From Geosiphon pyriformis uo1 (lineage: Eukaryota > Fungi > Glomeromycota): a stretch of 64,000 bases of DNA. Below, one piece after another: positions 40,211 through 53,859 of this stretch (position 1 is the stretch's first letter; every line of letters begins with the position of its first letter). Position numbers and translations under genes: made by a program. The notes under the pieces are model-generated. The model did not search any database and was not told where the DNA came from. It worked only from the letters and a program-made list of their open reading frames with translations. Where the stretch lies: assembly GCA_016748015.1 (NCBI GenBank), contig JAAOMT010000638.1, positions 72,550 to 136,549 of the forward strand. Reading direction: 5' to 3'.

Positions 40211-40816
40211 CAGAGGGTGTCCAAAAGTTTCCGAACAAGATTTTATTTAACAATAATATTTATTTTTTTATAAAATAAAACAAAATAAACAACATATTTA
40301 TAATTTTATAGTAAATTTCTAAATTTTTCCATTAAGTGTTACTAAACGTTTAAGTCGGCGATATTTTTGGTGAGTAAATAAACGTGGACGTCCTGAACGA
40401 GGTCTTGAATCAATTGAACAAGTTTCTTTAAATCGTTTTATTGTATCCGAAACTGTTGTCAAGCTGCAATTGACTATGTTGGCAATATCACGATATTTCT
40501 TGCCATGCTGTTGTAATAAGCATATAGTATTACGTTGAGCAATCGTTAATTCTTTTTTTGCTCCCATTTCGTTTTAATAAAAACGACGAAAAAATCTTAT
40601 ATGCGCGTTACATTTCATTTTTATAAAAAAACGAGTGTGAATAAAATCGATTATGCGCGTCGCGAAAAAACATTATACACGCGTGTTTAAAAAATAAAAA
40701 ACGCGTAATTAAATAATTAACTAACTTAATTTAGTAATAAACTCGTGCTTTTCTAATTATTCAAGCATGTGGAATGTTACTCCAAAGTTTGTTTGGAAAC
40801 TTTTGGACACCCTCTG
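40211..40816 (-). mobile_element. Non-autonomous Tc1 internal-deletion derivative, 606 bp
   Basis: TA flanks at 40209-10 and 40817-8; 28-bp TIRs CAGAGGGTGTCCAAAAGTTTCC(G/A)AACAA with one mismatch. Confidence 0.95.
40319..40567 (-). pseudogene. Truncated Tc1 transposase, N-terminal HTH DNA-binding part only (82 aa ORF)
   Basis: ELTIAQRNTI...YRDIANIVNCSLTTVSDTIKRF...RPRSGRPR; no DDE domain follows. Confidence 0.88.
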
Positions 40817-43800
40817 TAGCTAAAAAATTATTAATTAAATTAACTTTTAACTAGATAAAATAATACAAAAAGTTTTTTAAAGCCTAATTAAAAATTTGTA
40901 AATTTATAGATTTGTATTTAAAAAGCCAATTAACAATACAGAAATATTTAAAAAAAGATTAAAGATGTTATCTTATTCTTAATTTGTACTTATTTAAAAG
41001 ACTTAAAACTATATAAAAAAGAATAATATAAAATTTTTATTAAAAAAATTTGTCTTATTTTTTAAGCTTTTATAAATTAATAAATCTAATTTTTAATATA
41101 TACTTTTAAAAATAAAACTAAATTAAAATTTGTAACTAATTATAAATTAGAATACAATAAAGATTAAATATAAAAATTGCTTATTAAAAATAGCTTTTTT
41201 TAAAACCATATTGACAAAAAACTTGATATTTACATAAATTTTAAACAGACTGGACTTGAAAAATCTATTAGTAAATAAAAAAATACTGAAATATTAATGT
41301 AATTTATTTTTCTTAGCAATCATAATAAAAGAAGTACTAATGAACAAAAAAGCAATAGCAATATGTTTATTGATTAAAATAGTTACAGTTTTGTTAATAT
41401 TAAATGAAAAATTATTAATTCAAAAAAATTTACTAGTCAAATTAAAAATATGTTACATTATAGCATAATTATTTAATTTAAATAATATATTTTACAAAAG
41501 CACTAACTGTTAAAAATAATATAAAATCAATTGACCATTAATTTAGTCTGTTTTAGATATATGTTTAAAATTAATATGATATTTAAAAAACTGTTTGTAC
41601 TTTTTTATTTTAATATTCACAGTTTTATGATTAGTAGAAAAATATTTTGTATATTTAAAACTCTATGTACTTTTATTATATTATTTAACAAAAGAGAAAC
41701 CAAAATAAAATTAATAATTTTTTTAATATTATATGAATTTTTTTAAGTTAAAATCTTAGTAAACTAATTATAAAAGAGAGAATTAACCAAATTCAGATTC
41801 AAACTTTTCTTAAAACTAATATTATGCTTTGTACTATCTTTATTAAAATTATTTCTAAAATTACAAATGTATTCTTATTAAATACTTTGGCAATAAATAA
41901 GTTGATAACAATTACTTGATTTATTTTTATTTTAATAGATATACTAGCATATAAAATAAAACTATAATTAACTGTTTGTTTTTAAAAACAAATAAATTGA
42001 CAAAAGTCTATTAAAAATTTTGAAAATTTTGAAAATATGTTTAGTTAAATATATATTCATAATTATTATAATATTAGCCCAAAAAATTTGAATCTAAATT
42101 TAAAATAAAAATTTGTATATTATTATATTTATTTGCAATTTATAATTTAATACTTAAATAAAACTTAGTTTTATAATTATTAATATATTATTATTTGATT
42201 TTTTATACTACTTAATATTATTATTTTACTTGACAAAAACATTTATGTTTTTAATATTATATATAGCTATTTTTTAAGTATTAATTTGATTAATTTTTAT
42301 AATTAACATATTGGTTTTTAAGTCACTAATTTTAGCTGTTAAGATTTTTAAGTTACTCATAAATAGCTTCTAAAAGTTATTTATTATATTAAATATAATT
42401 AAAAGCTTTGATAAAAATTTATTAATAACTATCTTCAAATTCAATATGTTATATTGTAAAAATGTCTTTTTAATATTTAATAAATAAAAAAAACAAAGAA
42501 AATTTAACTTACATAAAATATCAAAAATATGATTAATTAAAAATATTTTAAAATATTTAAACAGAAATTTAAAGCTGAAACCATAGAATTATAATTAATA
42601 GTATTTAGTATGTTTTAATACTTTTGAAAAAATGTAAGTTGAATTTTAAAAAGAAGTAAAATTTAAATTATTAACTATTTATGTTTATGTTTTATTATTA
42701 AAAAAAGCTAAATAAAAGATAAAAACTTGTTTTTTTACTTATATATATGTAAAATACTATTTAATAAAACTAAAAAATAATTTTTTAACTTTTTATTAAG
42801 TATACAAACACTTAAAATATGATTATTTTGCTTATAATTAATATACAAAAAAAACATCAAACCAGTTTAACACAAATTTATATTCTTAAAAACCAGAATT
42901 AAATAAACAACAGCTTTTTTACAAGCAACAGAATTAAAATAAACTACAATATAATAAGCTTATACATATATAATTAAATTACAAACTATAACAAAATTTT
43001 TATATTATATAATATAAAAAAACCTGAAAAATTATAAATAATAATACTTATTAAAAATGTATATAGTAAAATATAATATTAGTTTTTTAGGTCTCATATT
43101 TGTTTATTAATATTTGCTTTAATATGTATACAGAATTTTTTTTACGAAAATTAACTATTTAAAAACTACTTAATTAATAATATTAATAATTTTAAACTTT
43201 ATTAATGCTTTTTGTTAAAGACTAATTAATTGTATTTTAATTGTTTTTAATATATCAAATTTAATTAATGCCAATTTTATTACTAATTTAAAAAGATTAC
43301 TGAAATTTTTTTAATGATCAATTTTTAATTTAATTTAATATTGATCTACTGTAAATTAATATTTATCAAAATTTTTTTATTAATAACTAATTATTTAGTT
43401 TAATTAAGACTAAATTTGAAGATAAATATTAAATAAATAATTTTATAAAATTTTAAGAAAGCAAAAACTCTTTAAATTTATTTACTTAATAAAACAATTT
43501 CTTAACAATCTTTAATTTTTTATTCAAATTCTTATTTAAAACAATTAATATATTAATATATTATATAAATAATCTTATAGATTCAAAAAGTTTTATTTTT
43601 TTAACTAATAAAATAATTATAACACTTGTATTTACAGAAATTAGAAAAGAGAAATTTAATAATTTATTATTGTTTATATTATTAATAACAAAAAAGTGTG
43701 AAGATTTTAACAAATTAAAAGGTGTAATTTAAGTTTAATATAATATTATATTATTTATATTTTTATTATCTTTTAAATTATCTAAATTTATGTAATAAGT

Positions 43801-44449
43801 TTTTTCTATAATTTATTTATTTAAAAGTTCAATCTTTAAAGTTTTACCAATATGTTTTATTTTGTTTTCTACTTTATTTTTTTATAATTTGTATAAGTTT
43901 TAATTTGTGGTATTTAAAGTATTTAAAGCCAAAAAATTTGCAAATATGTTAATTATAGCAGTAAGATTACTAAGTTTTTTTTACTTTTTTGGTATTTTTA
44001 TAGATAAAAGTTGATAAAAACCAATTTTTTTTGATATTTGAACAACTATTAATATTAGTCTTACCAATATTTAAAACTCTAACAAAAAAAATAACTGGTT
44101 TTATTACTTCTATTTTATAATAAATAATTTATTTAAAAATTAAATATAATTATAATTATAAAATAATTTAAAAATAATAAACAATAATAATTTTAAATAA
44201 ATTAAAATATAATAATATAATAATATTTATCTTTTATTATCTTTAAATAAATAAATTAATCCAATATTTTAATTAAATTTTTTGTAAAACTTTAGCAAAA
44301 ACCAGTAAAAAAATTAACTTATAAAACAAAATTTTGTTTTTAGTATTTTTTGTTTATTAAACAATAAATTACAATATAATTAATTATAAATTCTTTTATT
44401 TATTTTATAAATATATAACAATATTATTTATTAAAATTAATATTAAAAC

Positions 44450-44585
44450 TAAAACTTTGAAAAAGTTAAGTTAACTCTTTTTGATTTAGTATTTGACTTG
44501 TAAAGTTAAGTTTAAGTCATAAATATTTTGATTTAAAATAATATAAATCAAAATTTTATGACTTGATTTAATTTACCAAATCTTA
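44450..44585. mobile_element. Small palindromic MITE-like relic, possibly hAT-type
   Basis: Central hairpin AAGTCATAAATATTTTGATTTA ... TAAATCAAAAT-TTTATGACTT; degenerate ends taaaactttg / caaatctta; decayed GAGTC/GACTC-like pentamers. No TSD found. Confidence 0.45.
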
Positions 44586-46236
44586 TATATAAGTAGATTA
44601 AATTTCAATTTAGTTTTTATTAACTTTAAAAATAACAAATAATTAAAATAATATATTTGTTTTTAAAAATAATATGTTTAATAATCATATTAAAATAGTT
44701 ACTATAGTTATTATAATTAAAAAATGAAACAAATATGAGTTTGAAATTTTTATAAACAATTTAGCAATAAAAAAACTAAATATAACTTTTGTAAATAAAT
44801 ATTTTTAATTATACAAATATTTTTTTATTAATTATTAATTATCTGTTTAATCTATTTATTAATAAGTTTTTAATAACCAAAATATAAAATAAAATAAATT
44901 TGGTATTATTTTATTAATAAAATATATACAACAAAAAACTTTTAATAAATTAACAAGAAATCTATTAAGTTAAAATTAATAGATAAATTTTTGAAATTAA
45001 AATTAGACATTTTCTTTTGTTTATTTAAAATCTACACAATATTATAATTTTTTTAGATATTTTCTTTAAGTCATTTTTAAAGTATTTGTTATAATAATTA
45101 ATTAATGAGAACAAATTATTTATTGCTGTTAAAAATAAATATTTTCATCAAATTTTTCATTTTTTCAAGCTTAATATTTCTATTTTAAAATTTATACTAT
45201 AAAAAATAATGCTATAAAATTATTTATAATAGAAAAACAAAACATTTTAAGACTTTTGTAAATAATACGATTTTTATTATATAATATAATATATTTATTA
45301 ATTTTAAAATATTTAAACCAAAGTTTTTTCACTTTTGATTATTAGATATTTTCAAATTAAATTGCTTTTCTAAAAATTACAAAACATTAAATTAATAAAA
45401 ATTGGCAACTAATAAATATTTTTGTCAATTTTATTCAACTTTAATAAATTGTATTTTGATAAAAATCTTGTTATAATATTTGTAAAGTATTGTAAAAAAC
45501 TTAATACTTTTATTAAGTTAATATTATGTTTTTTTATTATACTTTTATTTACTTTTAATTTTTTAAATTCTGGTATATATCACAAATAATGTCTCAAATA
45601 ACAACATATTTATGTACTGTTTTAAAAAAATTTGCTAAAAAAAAATATTAAATTTAATAGACATAAAAATCATATTTATTATATTACTTATATTATTAAT
45701 TTGGCAGTTTAAAATACACTAAAAATATTAAAAACTGGTAATATTATTAAAAAAAATATTGAGTTAACTACTTAAAGTATTTTGGATTTAGATTTAATTT
45801 TTAAGATAAGTATATAATTAAAATTAGTTTTGTTTGATTATTAAATTCAAAATTTCTATAATCTAGTATATTGTATTTTACATATTATTTAGCTTCAAAA
45901 ATTAATTATTAAAATTTGTTTTTTATCTTAATATGTTAAAGTAAATATATGAATTTTGTTAAATTAGATTAATTTTTTACTCATTAAAATCAAAATTATA
46001 TTCACTATTAATCTTAATATTTATAGACTATTAATAATATAATAACTTAAAAAAAAATAGATAAAAAAAGAGATAAAAAAAAGGTAAAGAAAAAAAAAAG
46101 AAAAAAGAAAAAGACAAACAAGAGAAAAAACAAATATATTATGTTTACAAAATATTATTTAATTATATTATGGTTTCAAAAACCATTTTTCTTAATTATA
46201 TACAAGTTTTTTATGTCAAATATTTAATTTTTTTAT

Positions 46237-46673
46237 TGTTATAAGATAGTTTTCTTGGTATATTAAATGTTAATATTCTGTTTTAATTGTAATTTGTCTT
46301 TTATGAGTTTTTTAATTCTATAATAATATTAATATTATACTAAAAACTTTTTTTAATATTATAATGTAAATTATTTCTTAATTTTTGATTATTGTATATA
46401 TATTTAAGTATTTTTTTTTAGAGACTAAACTAAAATCTATTTGTTGTTTGAAGTTTTTTCTAAGATTATTTTTGCAATTTTTTAATGTGTTTCTCTAATT
46501 TAAAAACAAAAAATATTAATAATTTTTAATGTTTTTTTTAATTTTTATAATAAAGTTTTTATTAGTTAATAACAATATAAAAAATCTTAATCAAAGATTA
46601 TTTTTTTAAGAAATTTAGCTAATTAATGATAGTTTTATTTAATAAATAATACAAATAAGTTTTTTAATATTTT
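46237..46673. repeat. LTR copy A, left part (continues at 53421 after the LINE)
   Basis: tgttataagatagttttcttggtatattaaatgttaatatt... aligns with tgttatgaaataatttttttagtatattaaatgttaatatt... at 57686 through to tacaaataagtttttaatatttt. Confidence 0.85.
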
Positions 46674-46801
46674 TTTTTTTTTTATTTAATGACTGAGGTC
46701 TAAACACTACTTAGAACTATACATCAAAGAAATGATCTAAATTAGGAATGAATCATGCACTTTCTACATGTGACCAGCCACTCGAGCCAGTCAGGACAAT
46801 A

Positions 46802-49800
46802 CTACACAATTATATTAACTGAAACCAGATTACCAATATCTGAAAAAAATGAGCAAGATTTGCGAAAGCCAAAATGAATGCCAAAAGCTTCAGTAACACC
46901 AAGCAGTTTAACCACACTATTCAAAAATCTTGAAGCCAAACCATAAACTGAGACAGGAGCTGAATCATCCATCAGGATCAGGCCATTCTTTTCCATGTAT
47001 GCACAATGCTTAGCACAGACCAACCAAATGTCATTCCTGAAAATAACATAAATAGAACGTACAAAATCAGCAATTTTAATGCCAGCAACCCTGAGATCAT
47101 GGAAGATAGAAACAGCCTCCTGAAGCCATCCTTTGAAAACAAAACTCTTGCAAAGGGCCGAGAATACCAGGAAATCTGAAGCACAGGTCGACAGCATCTG
47201 TAATATGTTTGAAGAAGGGAGAGAGAGACCAGAAAGCACTTTTCAAGAAGACATACAGAATTCCAAAACCCGACGATGAGCCGCATCATCAATCATACAA
47301 GAAAACACATGATCAGACACCTCCACCTCACCACAATACAGACACAAAACACTAAGATAACTTTTATCATAAATGCGCTTTCAAACAGCAATGGAAAGCT
47401 GATAGTGCAAAGCCTTTATAAGATAAGTACAAATATTAGCAGTGTATCTGCTGGTGAAACCAGTTGCCATATGCAAATCTGAATGCCAAACTCTGGAAGA
47501 GGTAAGCCAATCGACATCCGAATGCAAATCACCAGCTAGAAACCTAGAACCAGAACTGACTTCCTAGTACGCCTGACAGACAGCATGAAAAATATCTCGA
47601 AAAAAGTGCCTAGAATTACCAGAAACAATACCACCATCTGCCAACAAAAACCATTCAGCAACACAAGGAGGAAAAAACCAATCAGAGAGAGCTACAGCAT
47701 CAGCAATGCTATTGGTGCAATCATTTTCCAACACACCAGAGTGGCTCTTGACCTTATGCCAGCTAACCCTCAAATTTTTTTTGTGGATAATATTTCTAAT
47801 ATGCTAGTGTTCAACCCAACACCGATTGCGAAAGTCAGGATACACCAAATTAATTTCTGACTTGCAAGCATCCAAAGCTGCCTGGCTATCTAAAAATAGA
47901 CAAACAGAACAATCCACAGGTACGCACTCCAGAGCCAATGCTATAGCCTGCAACTCCACCAAAGTAGATGATATCAAATCCTGAACACAGACACCTAAAC
48001 CCAAATTAATGTCCTCAAAAAAGGCAGCAGCTCCGGCCCTATAACCAGTCGTGCCCAAATTTTTTACTGACCCATCCGTATACACAGACAAACTATCAGC
48101 ACCAACCCAAGAAAGACGATCACATACAGACACAAAATCATCAGAACCACAAATGTTCACAGGGCCAACACCACTCAAAGCCAAAGAAAAGGGAGGCGCA
48201 CCACTGAGAAATGCAACAAAGTACTCAAACCACTCAGGAACCAGGCCATGAAGATCCAGTTTCTTCTACTGCTTAAAGGTGTACTAATCAAAGATATCCC
48301 CATGACAATCCTGAAGCTGATCCACAAAGGCAATGCCATAATGCCGGAGAGAAGGCAAGTATTTGAAAAACAAGGATTCACCCAGAACAGCAGATATAGG
48401 CACCCCATTATGCAACTGAAAAGCGCTGGCCAAAGAGCCACCTAAATACAAATTGCATTCAAGAAAAATGCATACCAAATCTGACAAGAAATTATTGGAA
48501 ATACAGACATGAATACGAGCCAGTGAATTCAATGGATGAATGGGACACCAACACAGAACCTGCAAGTCGTGAGACTTGTGACTAAACAATTGACTCAGAA
48601 CCCCGCAGGAGTTCGCAAAATTAATAAGTGAAGCAATCTTGCTTTTAGACTGACATTGTGAGAAGAATTTCAAACCATAAAAAAAAAGATGATGAATCGT
48701 ATCACTAAGAAAATTGAGAGGAAGACCAGATTTAAGTTTCAAACCCTTGCGAATCAGAGCATCCCACTTGTCACACACACTAACAAGAACAAAGCTGAAC
48801 TGCATTCTGTAGCTGACTATAGGATGAAGAACTGCTGACACCAGGTACAAAAACTGCTTATCTGAAACCACTTTCTTTAGAACCAAATTACTGAAAAAAC
48901 GAACGTTCAAATGTGCTTTAGCCAAACTAGGCTTAGAAAGACCATCAGTTGAAAGAAAGATACCAAGATACCAATAAAATTCACCTTTTCTGGCTATGGA
49001 AATGAGTGAATTACTGATGAAAAGAAATAGATTGCTGATCTTGCTATTAATAAGAATGGCCACAGTTTTGTTATTATTGATTGAAATGTTATTAATCCAA
49101 AAAAATTCACTAGCAACATTGAGAATATGTTGAGTAGCAGCCTGACTGCCGCCAACCCAAATCGTGTCATCAACAAAGACCTCAGCAGCAAAAAAAGTAA
49201 AAAACCCAGTCTGAGATTCAGTGCGACCATTCCTAAAGACAAAATGGGAATTGAGTCTATACCCGCATACACTCTTCTGATGCTTGACTTCACACAAAAA
49301 AGGATCATAAAATATGTACCAAAGAAGAAAGGAAAAAACTTTTCTTTGGTTTAACCCATCATGCACACTATAATCATCAGTTAAACTAAAATCTGTCATA
49401 ACCCAATTGGTCTGATTCCTATGAATATTACTGAAAAAGCGAATAAATTTGCCACACATTTTGATCCTAACCAAACACTTCTCGAGATGCTTTCACCCAA
49501 CAGAGTCATACACTTTCCGCATGTTCTGCAATACCAGCCAGAACTTCCTGTTTTTCTCCAAAGTATTCTCAACAACCAAACCAATAGCAAAAATAAGAGT
49601 TTGGGTAGTTGTACCCTTCAAAACTGAAAAATTATCTCCATAAAGAATGTCATGAGCACTGCACACCAGTGATATCCTGTTAGAGAGAATTTTGGAGAGG
49701 ATCTTGCGAGTTGTCTTGATCAAGGCTATAGGTCGGGTATTTATGAGAACATCTTCCCACTCATATGGTTTAGGGATCATGGAAACCCAAGCTTCCCTCC

Positions 49801-51481
49801 AAGAACCAGGCACAGACTCATGAGACAGACAAGAATTCAGAAGCACCAAGAGCATATTTAGAACAGACCTATCACTATGCATCTACAGCTCATTTGATAT
49901 ACCTGAAAGACCAGCAGCCTTGCCAATCGGCAGATTAGAAACCACACCAAACAATTCCAAAAACTTAATTGGCTGCATTACACCAGAAAAAGCTTCATCA
50001 AAAACATAATCCAATGACCAATACTGATGGTACCACACATCAGGGACATCAGGAACCACTCTACGTTTCCTAGTTTATCCTTCCATAATTTCATCCACCC
50101 TTGATCTCACAAGACCAGGTTCCAAAACCAGCTCATTGTCCACAACTAAGTGATCCAAAACAACTTTATGGAAAGGGTGCTCCAGAATGCTCTAAATAGT
50201 GTGATTCTTATTCAGCTCAAAACTTTCCATCCTTTTATTGATTGCTGATTTGATAAGAAATTCCTCCACGTGCTTCGATTCTGCCATTTTAAGTGAGCAA
50301 TAAGTTTTTCTGACCTTGGAAAGGGCTGACCAAACAGTATTAAGAGAAGAGCTGAAGAGAAAAAGAGATCTGACCACAGAGACATTATCTCTATCAAGAG
50401 AACCCCAGACATCCAACAATGAAATAAATTTATCATGACAAATCGACTGAGAAGCTTTAACCAGCTTTGATATCAAAAGTTCTAACTTATGAAATTTGGA
50501 AGATTCCCTAATGAAGACACCATCATAGTTCTTAAACCATTTTTTCTTGAACACCTCATCAGCTGAAAAAATTATTATCTTGCGAACAATGTCTTACATC
50601 ACATCCAAATCTGAGAATTGCTGGGAGACAATAAAATCTTCAGAGAACATGGTGGCATTAGCAGCCGTAGCACCCTTGAACTTGTTCTATTTTGTGTCAT
50701 CAACACCCTTAAAATTAAACTTCCAACAATTTCTATTCACCTGTTTGTGAAGAGAGTTCAACTGCACGTCCAATAAACCACCCAAACCCAAAGACACAGA
50801 AACAGCCTGATGGTTCGTTTCGAAATGCTCACCAACATCTAAGACACTGCAGTGTACTATTGCATTAACCAAATTTGAAAAAATTATCACATAGTCAATC
50901 GTTTTTCTAACACCCCTAGAGTTTGTCCAAGTGGGCAATTTCACAGCCGGGCTTCCGACCAAAGAATTTGCCAGACCCAAATCAAGGCATTTCCTAAAAC
51001 TTGCACACTTATGAGAACTATCTTCATTAAAGTCACTACCAAGAACAATAAAAGAAGATTTATTAACAGCCTTTACAATAAAAGAGTTGATTTTATCAGC
51101 TTGAGAGAACTGAACTGCCGAAAAAGCACCAGCATAAAGCCCCAGAATTAACACAGAAAGTTTACCCTTGAAAAGTAATTTAACAGACAAGAGCCGACCA
51201 GGCACCTCTGAAACCTTGTACAGATGACAAGCCAAAGAAACATTCATGATAACAGCAACACCCATACCCAAGTGACCAGAATCTAAACCAGAAGTAAACA
51301 CTTAAACACCATCAAACTTATCCGCAATCTATAAATGAACCTTACCTCTTAATTTTGTTTCAGTAACAATAGAGACCAAATTGTTCATTTCCTTATGTTA
51401 CCTAATAATGTCCTTCTGCTTAGCGGGGTTGTTCATGCCTCTGACGTTGCATATAGTAAATTTCCAGACCAAACTGCTCAT
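46802..51481 (-). pseudogene. LINE ORF2: AP endonuclease, reverse transcriptase, RNase H, C-terminal Cys motif; many in-frame stops
   Basis: WKFTICNVRGMN, TETKL, LGSDFNE and TIDYV (APE); MIPKP, TRPIALI, QNMRKVYDSV, GLNQ and FVDDT (RT); VYTDGS, ELQAI, FLDSQAA and WHKVKSHSG (RNase H); CLYCGEVE..DH.FSC. Confidence 0.93.
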
Positions 51482-53270
51482 TGAGTGAAGGGTAGAGACA
51501 CCGAATGCGCACCTATACTATCCACTTTGGCTGAAAAGCCCAGAACCATTTCCATCAGACACTTCATGCTGTCTTCCAGCTTAGACACCAAAGACATATC
51601 AAAAGACACTGCTCCCATAACAGTCCCACCACTAGTGAACACACCCGAGCCCTTACTCATCACTACATCTGTGCCTTGATCCTGTGATGAAAGGGTCACC
51701 AATGGCTGACATCCAGAGCTAGGCTGAGGAACTATTGGTCTGAGTGCATTCAACCTTTTAGCCAGCTTACTAACTTGCTCTGCGAGACTGGTGAGACTGC
51801 GCTCAAGAACAGTGAACCTATTGTTGACCTCTATTGTAACTGGTAGAGATGGCTTCATCTCCGAAGAGAAGCCAACATTCACCAAAACATTTTGACTAGA
51901 GAGGGGGAGAGAAGAAAACCTGCGAGCAACCTTTGCCCAAGAGAGACCACCAAAAAAGACCGGACAAGCAACTGGAGCCGAGCATTTGGCATAAATGGCT
52001 GCCAGTCTGCTTTTATCTGTGTCTGAGAAAGCTCTACGCAACAAATTACCAGAAAAAAATTTCCCACCAATTACACAACCCAATGACATATGTCCCAACT
52101 TTTCATACTTGGCACATTTAGTAGAAATAAGGTAAAACCAGCGGAGATTGGCATTTTTAAGTACTGGCGTGGTTTCCACAGTAGCATTCAATGATTTAGC
52201 AAAGTTGAAGCAAACAACAGCACACCTGGCCTGAGTATATGTAACAGAATGACGATCAATGATGCATGTTTTCTCACCCACAGATCTAACAAAGTCCCAG
52301 ATATCATGAGTATTAGTCCCCATTAGCAGTATATAGAGCAGCACCCTATGTTGATCTCTTGCATCCCACGCTTTTTTGTCTGAATCAGCCCTAGTCACGC
52401 ATACAGCATCTTTCCCAATCAGAATAAACCACTCAGTTGCAACCAAATCAGCCTGATCTGATTGCTCGAATTCTACTACTGCTTTCTGCTACAGCCCAAT
52501 TAATTGCATCTTGATCACCTTAACAACTCCAAACTCGGATAGTGCAGCGTGCACAGTCTCAGCTGATGTTCCAATCGGAATTTCTTTTATAACCACAGCC
52601 CAATCTGACTGCCTAGAAGATTTTTTGAGATCGGTGTTTACTAAGATTTTCGCATTCGCAGCCTTATCAGTAGCTTTTATCAGACTTGATTCGGAAGTGA
52701 ACGTTGCTCTGATCATCCCTGAGAATTTTGAGGGAGTAGACACTTCTCCAAAATCATTGATTCAAAAAATAATTTCCTCATCACCACAAGTTTTTCCTGA
52801 GAAGATTTGCCAGCCACCTTATCCAAGCCAATATCTAATGCAAATGACTTCCTGACTAGAACATTGACCAAGTTTTTCATAGGAGGGGAGAGCTCAAGAA
52901 GAGCATCCGAGAGAACACCATCATCATCACTACCTTTCAAGAAATCAATCTTTCCCAATGGCTTGCCCAATGTCTTTTTGGTTTTAACTTTTGAATTTGT
53001 GGGTGTCTGATCATGATCTCCACCAGCCAGAGCATTATCTTCACCATAATCAAAGCTGGTCTTCTCCACCAGACACTCCTTTTCTATATCAACACTCTCA
53101 GACTCAATAGTGTTCCCAGTCTCTGAATCCCATGAACAAACACCAGAAGCTTTAGCAGCAGCTCCTCTATTATTAATACCTTCTGCCAATACACTTCCCT
53201 TCCTCTTTTTCTTCAATGCAACTGCCTTGAAACCACTCTCAGAACCAGAAACTTTAATAGTCTTTTTCAT
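51478..53270 (-). pseudogene. LINE ORF1 (RRM-like segments, degenerate CCHC knuckle, coiled coil), interrupted by a frameshift and a stop
   Basis: AVVIKEIPIGTSAETVHAALSEFG (RRM-like), CAKYEKLGHMSLGC (CX2CX4HX4C with C>Y), LERSLTSLAEQVSKLAKRL. Frameshift near 52770, TAG near 52489. Confidence 0.88.
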
Positions 53271-53420
53271 AACAGCAATAACAGAGCCAACAGTGGCCTC
53301 GTAATCAAAGAATGGTTTAGATTTATCGTACTGAATAGTAAAAAACTTCTCCCGAGAAAACTTTTGACTCTTTTTTTGGGAAATTTGGATGAAGGAGAGA
53401 AAGAAATTTTTTAATATTTT

Positions 53421-53859
53421 GAATTATAATAATTAGTTTTCAATATTTTTTTATTTCTTTTTAATTAAAATTTTTTTTGAATATTTATTTTAAAAGTAAA
53501 GACTAAAAAATAATTAAAGTAAAAAATTAAAATTTGACAAAATTAAACTATTAGATGAATAGTTGTTTTTTTAATATTAAAACTATTATATATATATTTA
53601 TAATTTTATAAAAAACCATATTATAATACTCTCTTTTTAATATCTTAACTTGGTGTTTGCTACTATTATAAACTAGTGTTTATTATTATTATAAATTTGT
53701 ACTTGCTATTATTTTAATTAGTACTTTTCTAAAATTATTATTGTATTATATTATAATTAGATAATTTATATTATTTTATGATTTTTGCTAAATTTTTTAA
53801 GATTAAGTTTTATTAAAATCAAAAGTAATTTTTTTATTGAATTTTAAGTTGTTATAATA
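53421..53859. repeat. LTR copy A, right part
   Basis: Aligns with 58135-58532 (e.g. taaaagtaaagactaaaaaataattaaa vs taaaagtaaaggctaaaaaataattaaa). Right end inferred from ttataata, inverse of tgttat; uncertain. Confidence 0.75.

Larger units (their letters stand above)
38432..41950 (-). mobile_element. Ancient, near-erased LINE of the same APE-RT-RNase H type as 46674-53406, internally deleted and interrupted by a Tc1 derivative
   Basis: Minus strand reads IISVFTDGFLK...AYFNNLNLDIDI*IFGLVLLIFAKLQII (RNase H, ~39822-39660) and NTFVIL.NNFNKDSTKHNISFRK.LNLNLVNSL (APE, ~41885-41770). The 3' UTR and T-rich tail at ~38432-38575 align by eye with 46674-46805. Boundaries approximate. Confidence 0.75.
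46674..53406 (-). mobile_element. Full-length non-LTR retrotransposon (LINE; ORF1 + APE-RT-RNase H-Zn ORF2), ~6.7 kb, mutationally inactivated
   Basis: 14-bp TSD TTTTTTAATATTTT at 46660-46673 and 53407-53420; poly(A) tail (T run to 46683); the empty site is seen in the other LTR at ~58120-58135. Confidence 0.95.

Noticed and set aside
46050-46132. Long purine tract as the polypurine tract of the Gypsy element
   Set aside because: It lies ~100 bp outside the LTR and on the wrong side for the minus-strand orientation given by gag.
47276-53304. Many plus-strand ORFs over the LINE
   Set aside because: Antisense shadows of LINE ORF1/ORF2 with no independent motifs.
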